A stretch of 64,000 nucleotides of DNA, from contig JASMDC010000007.1 in the NCBI GenBank assembly GCA_030753015.1, positions 32,001-96,000 on the forward strand. Reading direction: 5' to 3'. Numbering within the stretch: position 1 is the first letter of the stretch; each line of letters starts with the position of its first letter. Below the pieces are notes generated by a model. That model had not been told where the DNA came from and did not search any database. It saw only the letters and a list, made by a program, of their open reading frames with translations. This DNA comes from Candidatus Undinarchaeales archaeon (GTDB taxonomy: Archaea; SpSt-1190; JASMDC01). The position numbers and the translations under genes are program-made. Positions 58,614 through 64,000 of the stretch are shown here, in pieces.

Positions 58614-58673
58614 CCGTCACCCTCCTCCCGTCAGGAAGGAAGGTAGACTTTTATGTGCTGTGGATGGGGGCGG

Positions 58674-60647
58674 TCAGGCAGCGGCGGAGAGGTCGCAGCC
58701 CTCTGGCGGCACCACCCACAGCTCGGCGGTCATGGCATCGTAGTCGACACGGGTGTCGTTCCGGGCGATGAAGGTCACCCCGCCGATCTCCTTGCGAACC
58801 TCCATGGTGCCATTGGCGACCGACTCGTAGTCCACGCGGAAGAGGTGGGCGATGCCGTCGTTCGTCGTCGCCCGGAAGAAGGGGCAGCAGGGGTGGAAGG
58901 GCTCCGAGTCCCAGAGAAGGGTGAGGTTGCAGATGTTGAGTTTGGAGTCGAATGGGACAGCGATCTTTATAGCAGAGTCGGGTAGTGGTGAAGTGATGTT
59001 CTGTGGAATGTCGCAATCAGGTGGGATGATGATACGAAATCTATTTCTTTCTCCAGTGGATGCCGTGAAGTTGTCTGTGAAGACCCCTATTTCACCGACC
59101 TTTCTACCCGAGAAAAGCCAAGAGGGCACGTATGGATATATTCTTTCTTCATACGGCTGCGCTTGAGCCAATCGTTTATCAGGATGGAATATGTGAATGT
59201 AATCACTCATTGAAGCAGGTCCTCGGCTGATGAAATAATCGCACACATCGATTCCTTTGTCTTCATCGAGCATAAGTTCACTTATGTATGTTCCTGTCAT
59301 CCTCCTGTCTAGGTCTTTTGATACTATGAAGAAGCACAAGTCTTTCTGCAGCCTGTCAGAGAGTTCGCTGCATCTCGTTCTGATATCGCGGATTTTCTGT
59401 GGGCCGGAGGAGGTATTCAGAAATTGAATAAGTTTATCGTTGATAAGGTCCAGACAATAATCCTGTTTTGTGAACTTCTTATCACAAAAAAGAACATCCT
59501 CTTTTTCTAGGGCAAACTCGATATAGCAGGATTCCCGTTTTGAATTATCAGAAAAGTGGATACAGAACTCATGCCCGTCAATCTTTGAAATAAATTCTAT
59601 ACAATCATCAAATGATTTATTAGGCCTGATATACGAGGCCCTTGAGCAGTGCTCATATCCTGGAATAGAGCTGATGGCCTTCGTATAACACTCATGTTTT
59701 CTGATCAAGTCTACAACGGACTTACAGTTAGTGTAATCGTAGGTATTAATAGAATTCTTAATTATGCAAGAGTCCCTGTAACTGTCCATCCCATATAAAT
59801 CATGGACATATTCCAATGATTGGATATTGAGACAGATCGAAGGATCATCGAAAAAATGTTCATTAGAGATCGAAAAAATGCATTTATTACGAACATATAT
59901 ATCATTAATATCCATACAGTCATTCCAATCAAGTCTTCTTGTCACATAGAAGAAAAGGCACCAGTCTCGAATGCCTGAATCAGCTATTTCATTGCATGTT
60001 TGCAGCACTGTGAATCCTTCGTTTGCAGCCAAGGAGAACGTTCTTTGATCATCACTATACTCAATCCAATTCTTACGTTTTTCAATGGAAGCTCGACTAT
60101 CCATTAAATAAATATCAATTAATGCATGATAACAGAGCCGTCTAGCAAAGACATCTTGGGCAGAACGGCAGAGAGATGGATCGGGCCTGTTACGGAGGGC
60201 ACAGAAAATGCAGGGGTATCCTCTGTGAAGGTCCCATTTATTCCTGATACCCAATCGGCATTGATCGATATCCCTTGTCTTCATGATGCGCATCCATGTT
60301 TCATCGTCATGTGGCCGCATCTGTTTTAATTCAATACATGGCCAAAAGTTAGTGTTGTTTTCCCGTTTCTCAAGAGCTTCACGACAATAATTACTCAGTT
60401 CTTTGAGACAACCCATTTGTGCACCCTTGAGTGACATGTCTCCAGTTGTGGTCTTATTATTATGACGATCGGTGGTATCATTCTGAATAATAGTGATTGT
60501 CTCATTCTCTACTGTGTTGTTCCCTTTCGATTCATTTTGATCTGGCGTGGTACAATTCAAGAAGAGAAACAGAAGTAATAGAACAGATAATCTTTTTACT
60601 TTTGAATTACTGCTGCTATTTCCTACAGACACTTTTTGAGTTACCAT
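58674..60647 (-). CDS. Cys-repeat exported or lipoprotein-like hypothetical protein, mostly AT-rich
   Basis: 657-aa ORF with LLLLFLFLNC signal and repeated C..I.D...RD.C units. Confidence 0.7.
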   Translation of the reverse strand: MVTQKVSVGNSSSNSKVKRLSVLLLLFLFLNCTTPDQNESKGNNTVENETITIIQNDTTDRHNNKTTTGDMSLKGAQMGCLKELSNYCREALEKRENNTNFWPCIELKQMRPHDDETWMRIMKTRDIDQCRLGIRNKWDLHRGYPCIFCALRNRPDPSLCRSAQDVFARRLCYHALIDIYLMDSRASIEKRKNWIEYSDDQRTFSLAANEGFTVLQTCNEIADSGIRDWCLFFYVTRRLDWNDCMDINDIYVRNKCIFSISNEHFFDDPSICLNIQSLEYVHDLYGMDSYRDSCIIKNSINTYDYTNCKSVVDLIRKHECYTKAISSIPGYEHCSRASYIRPNKSFDDCIEFISKIDGHEFCIHFSDNSKRESCYIEFALEKEDVLFCDKKFTKQDYCLDLINDKLIQFLNTSSGPQKIRDIRTRCSELSDRLQKDLCFFIVSKDLDRRMTGTYISELMLDEDKGIDVCDYFISRGPASMSDYIHIFHPDKRLAQAQPYEERIYPYVPSWLFSGRKVGEIGVFTDNFTASTGERNRFRIIIPPDCDIPQNITSPLPDSAIKIAVPFDSKLNICNLTLLWDSEPFHPCCPFFRATTNDGIAHLFRVDYESVANGTMEVRKEIGGVTFIARNDTRVDYDAMTAELWVVPPEGCDLSAAA

Positions 60648-60685
60648 TTTCCTCTATGATTATTCTATTGGAGCTTGAACGTAAT

Positions 60686-62185
60686 CTATGTTACGGAAAT
60701 CGTCTCGTTATCCATCGCCGCCTTCCTCCCTGCATCGTCCAGCAGCAGGTGCAGGTCGAGGTTGTACCCGCTGACCTGCGTGCAGTTAGGCAACTCGACG
60801 AAGAACTCGAACGTACCGTTGTCCACCTCGGTGAGCTTGTCCTCCACTGTGCAGTTCCACGATTCGTTGGTCTCGTTGTTGGTGACGCATGTGCGATCGC
60901 CATAGAGCCACTTGTTGCAGGTTTCGTTGTCGTCGTCGCGCCGCAGTAGGAGCCGGACGAAGGTGGAGCTTGTAGCATTTGTGAGCGTGCCGTTTACGGT
61001 GTAGTTGAAGGGCACTGTGACGTTCATGGTGGAGTTGGGGATAGTGCTGTCGGTGATGTTCAGTTCCGCCGTGGTGTTCAGAGCGTCCGTCACGTTGAAT
61101 TGGACATCGGTCTGGTAGCTGGTCGAGCTGTAGCTGGCGTTCACCCTGAGGAGGTAGGTCTTCGACTCGTTCATCGGTGTTGTGAAGTTCTCCTCGTCGC
61201 GGAAGAACCGGTCGTCGAAGTAGTGTAGGTCGTAGCCAGCAGTGGTGTTGTACCTCGTACCCGTAGTCGTGAAGTTGTAGTTTATGGAGCAGTCGGTGCC
61301 GTTCGAGTTGTTGCACTCGTAGACGCGCACATGGTCGACAGTGGTCTGGTTCCAGTAGATGTAGCCTCCCTGACTGTCCGCGAAGTAGAACGACCATGCC
61401 AGAGTGTCGTTGGCATCGGCAGAGTAGAGACCCCCCGAGATCGGATAGACGTGGCTGAATGTGTCATTGACACCGTACCCGAAGTGATCGATGTAGATGC
61501 CGGGCTTGAGGACCAGCGTCATGCTGAAGGTGTTCGTGGCGAGTTCAGTCACGTCCAGGAGCAGCTGGATCGTCACGTTGTACGTTCCTGTAGAGAAGTC
61601 TGTGGTGTCCCACTCGATGGATGAGTTGTAGGTCTGGTTCGCGTGTACGGTGACGTCAGTGGCGTTCAGGACGGTGCTGTTGTCATCCCCCGTGATGGTG
61701 ACGTTGTGGACCAGGTTGGCGTAGGAGAAGTAGCCGTTCAGGCTCATCGTCGTGACGTTTATCACCGCATTGTGGTTCGCGTACTGCGGCGGATCGTATG
61801 TGGCCGACACGTTGAGCTGTGTGAGGGACATGCGACGCTCGAATCCGAGCTCCGAGGTCCCGTTCGCGGTCAGGTTCACCCATATAGTCCCGGAGCCATA
61901 GGATGTCGCGGTGACGTTCCACGTCTGATTATAGGACGTGGTTGTCGGATCCAATGTGAAATTCAGGTCCGTTGCGTCCGTCGTGTTCAGGTCGTCGGAA
62001 AGCGTGAGGTTGCCGAGGAATGTGAGAGTCGTGTTCGCGGTGTTGTTGATGAAGAACGTCACGTTGAACGGATCGTTGACAACTCCTAAGGAGGGTGCCG
62101 TCAGGTTCACATCCACCGGGATGATGCTGAGCTGTACACTCTCTTTCAGCGTCGGATCGTTCTCCGAGTATGCCGTGATGTCGAT
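60686..62185 (-). pseudogene. 5'-truncated Asn/Thr-rich Ig-like surface glycoprotein
   Basis: Dozens of N-x-S/T sequons. Frame stays open upstream of GTG 62116 up to an in-frame TAG (62188-62186). No signal peptide. Confidence 0.55.
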
Positions 62186-62244
62186 CTACCATGTTCAGAT
62201 ATCGTGAAGATGTGTCGGAGAACGCATGACTGAACTCCATAAAC

Positions 62245-62287
62245 CTTATATACTATTATTGCGTAAATAATCTAATCGGTTATTTAC
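62245..62287 (+). promoter_or_regulatory. abiE promoter with inverted-repeat operator
   Basis: CTTATATA TATA box. GTAAATAA (62263-62270) / TTATTTAC (62280-62287) inverted repeat. Confidence 0.6.
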
Positions 62288-63076
62288 TTGAAACAAAATA
62301 TTTCGCTTGGATCGAAGGAGGTCGAGCTCCTCTCGACACTGGAGCGTGAGCGACGGGACGTCTTCACTGTCGACGACGCGCGGTCGGTCCTCGCGGACAC
62401 CTCGCACCAGGTTGTCAGGAACCTGCTGTCGGGGCTCGCTGCCAAGGGCCGCGTCCAGAGGATCAAGCGGGGTGTCTACCTGCTCGTTCCCTTCAGGCAT
62501 CGTGACTGGGCCGTGCACGAGCTCTCGCTCGTACCGGTCCTCGCCCGTGACGCGTACGTCTCGTTCGGTTCAGCGCTGCGCTTCTGGGGGATGACCGCCC
62601 GCATCGGCACTGTCGTCACCGCGGCCGTCAGGAGACCTGTCCGGGAACGCGCGTTCCAGGGGACCTGGTACCGGTTCGTGGCACTGGCGGACAGGTTCTT
62701 CTTCGGGCACCGTGCCGTCATGCTCTCGGGAAGGTCCGTACGAGTGGCGACGAGGGAGAAGGCCGTGCTCGACTCACTGCTCCACCCCGAGCACTGCGGG
62801 GGCATCGGCGAGGTAGCACGTGTGGTGAGGGACCATGCAGGTGAGCTGGACTGGGCGCGGGTGGGGCGACACCTGCACAGGATGGACAGCAGCGCCGTAG
62901 AGAGGCGGCTCGCGTACATCCTCCACCACCTCGGACTGGGAGAGTTACTACCCGGAGTAGTCAAGAAAGGATATGATGGATACCGTCCACTCGATCCCCG
63001 GGGCCCGGCCGAAGGGCCGTACGACGGGAAGTTCGGTCTTCGGATCAACGTCGGGCTGGACGAGGTCATGTCATGA
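62288..63076 (+). CDS. type IV TA antitoxin AbiEi family
   Basis: wHTH L..KG.V.RIKRGVY, YVSF.SAL.FWG, REKAVLD and RRL.Y. Confidence 0.9.
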   Translation: MKQNISLGSKEVELLSTLERERRDVFTVDDARSVLADTSHQVVRNLLSGLAAKGRVQRIKRGVYLLVPFRHRDWAVHELSLVPVLARDAYVSFGSALRFWGMTARIGTVVTAAVRRPVRERAFQGTWYRFVALADRFFFGHRAVMLSGRSVRVATREKAVLDSLLHPEHCGGIGEVARVVRDHAGELDWARVGRHLHRMDSSAVERRLAYILHHLGLGELLPGVVKKGYDGYRPLDPRGPAEGPYDGKFGLRINVGLDEVMS

Positions 63077-63867
63077 GCATCGGGAGCAGGGAGTCGCTTG
63101 TCGAGGCGGCGCGGCGGTATGGGATGAACCTCGGGAACGCCGAGAAGGATTACGTCCTGTCGGTCGCGCTCATCGGGCTCTCACGACTCCGTGAGGCCCG
63201 CGCCCTCGTCTTCAAGGGGGGTACATGCCTGAGGAAGGCGTACTTCGACGGCTACCGCTTCTCGTCGGACCTTGACTTTTCAGGAGAGATCGGTGACATC
63301 GAGGGGCTGAGGGGTGCGATCCATCGCGCGTTCGACGGCATAACACTGGAAAAGGTGCGGTTCACGAAGGTCAAGGACATGACCATGACGGGAAAGCAGG
63401 GGATGACGCTGTCCCTCAAGTACCGGAGCCTCATCACTGACAGACCGCACACTAACAGCATACGGCTTGACATGAGCTTCGACAATCCACCGCTGATGCC
63501 GCCGGTCCGGAAATGGCTCACGCCCCCCGTCGAGTACGGCCTCGAGCTGTTGATGACCCGTGTCATGCCCCTCGCAGAGATACTCGCGGAGAAGGTCCAT
63601 GCCATCTTCAAACGCTCGAAACCGAGAGACCTCTACGATATGTGGTTCCTGCTCTCGGGCGGGACCGGATTCGATCGGGAGCTGGTGGATAGGAAGCTCT
63701 TGGCACTGGGAATCGTCTTCGAGAGGGGGGCGTTCGAGGATAGGCTAGTACTGCTTGGGACGGGGTGGGAGCGAGATATGCGGGATCTCATGGCGTCCTA
63801 CCCTTCCTTCGAGGAAGTCAGGAACCAGACGCTCCGGATGCTGGCGGGGGAGGGATATTCCTCCTGA
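63073..63867 (+). CDS. type IV TA toxin AbiEii nucleotidyltransferase
   Basis: EKDY, FKGGTCL.K, RFSSDLDF, AEK and RDLYD. Confidence 0.93.
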   Translation: MSIGSRESLVEAARRYGMNLGNAEKDYVLSVALIGLSRLREARALVFKGGTCLRKAYFDGYRFSSDLDFSGEIGDIEGLRGAIHRAFDGITLEKVRFTKVKDMTMTGKQGMTLSLKYRSLITDRPHTNSIRLDMSFDNPPLMPPVRKWLTPPVEYGLELLMTRVMPLAEILAEKVHAIFKRSKPRDLYDMWFLLSGGTGFDRELVDRKLLALGIVFERGAFEDRLVLLGTGWERDMRDLMASYPSFEEVRNQTLRMLAGEGYSS

Positions 63868-64000
63868 TGGCGTCCAGCAAGACCTGTACGTGCGCCCCCC
63901 CCGCCGATACATCCTCGATAGAACCATGCAGTGAGGCCGCGCACTTAATCCAGAAGGTTTAAAATTCAATCCACTATAGCGGTGAGTCCGGCCTTTCGCT

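Noticed and set aside
63953-64000. Promoter-like AAGGTTTAAAA at the window end
   Set aside because: The downstream feature lies outside the window and cannot be identified.

Overview
GC-rich archaeal chromosomal window. Archaeal markers include Trm11, RNase Z, a PAC2 proteasome chaperone, DUF63, a PolB2 operon and BRE/TATA promoters. It is gene-dense, with no rRNA, tRNA or CRISPR array that I can see. It contains metal transporters, a TldD protease, an ABC exporter with a PrsW-fused permease, the RadA-like/small-protein/PolB2 cassette, two tandem subtilases and a glycan-modification cluster (DegT, DUF362, carbamoyltransferase, GT2). It also has three TA-type modules (VapBC, MNT/HEPN-like, AbiE), an intact tnpB element plus a degenerate IS200/IS605 remnant, a 2500-aa thioester-less alpha-2-macroglobulin-like protein, an opine dehydrogenase/amidohydrolase pair, pyruvate kinase and mutS-mutL. 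The most striking unexplained signals are two intergenic structured-RNA loci. (i) At 24.8-25.3 kb there are three tandem ~110-125 nt putative ncRNA genes, each with its own TATA box and each displaying an invariant GCUGCCACC in an asymmetric internal loop. (ii) At 15.4-15.75 kb there is a ~320 nt promoter-driven RNA built from two homologous domains with compensatory base changes. All calls were made by eye, without database searches.
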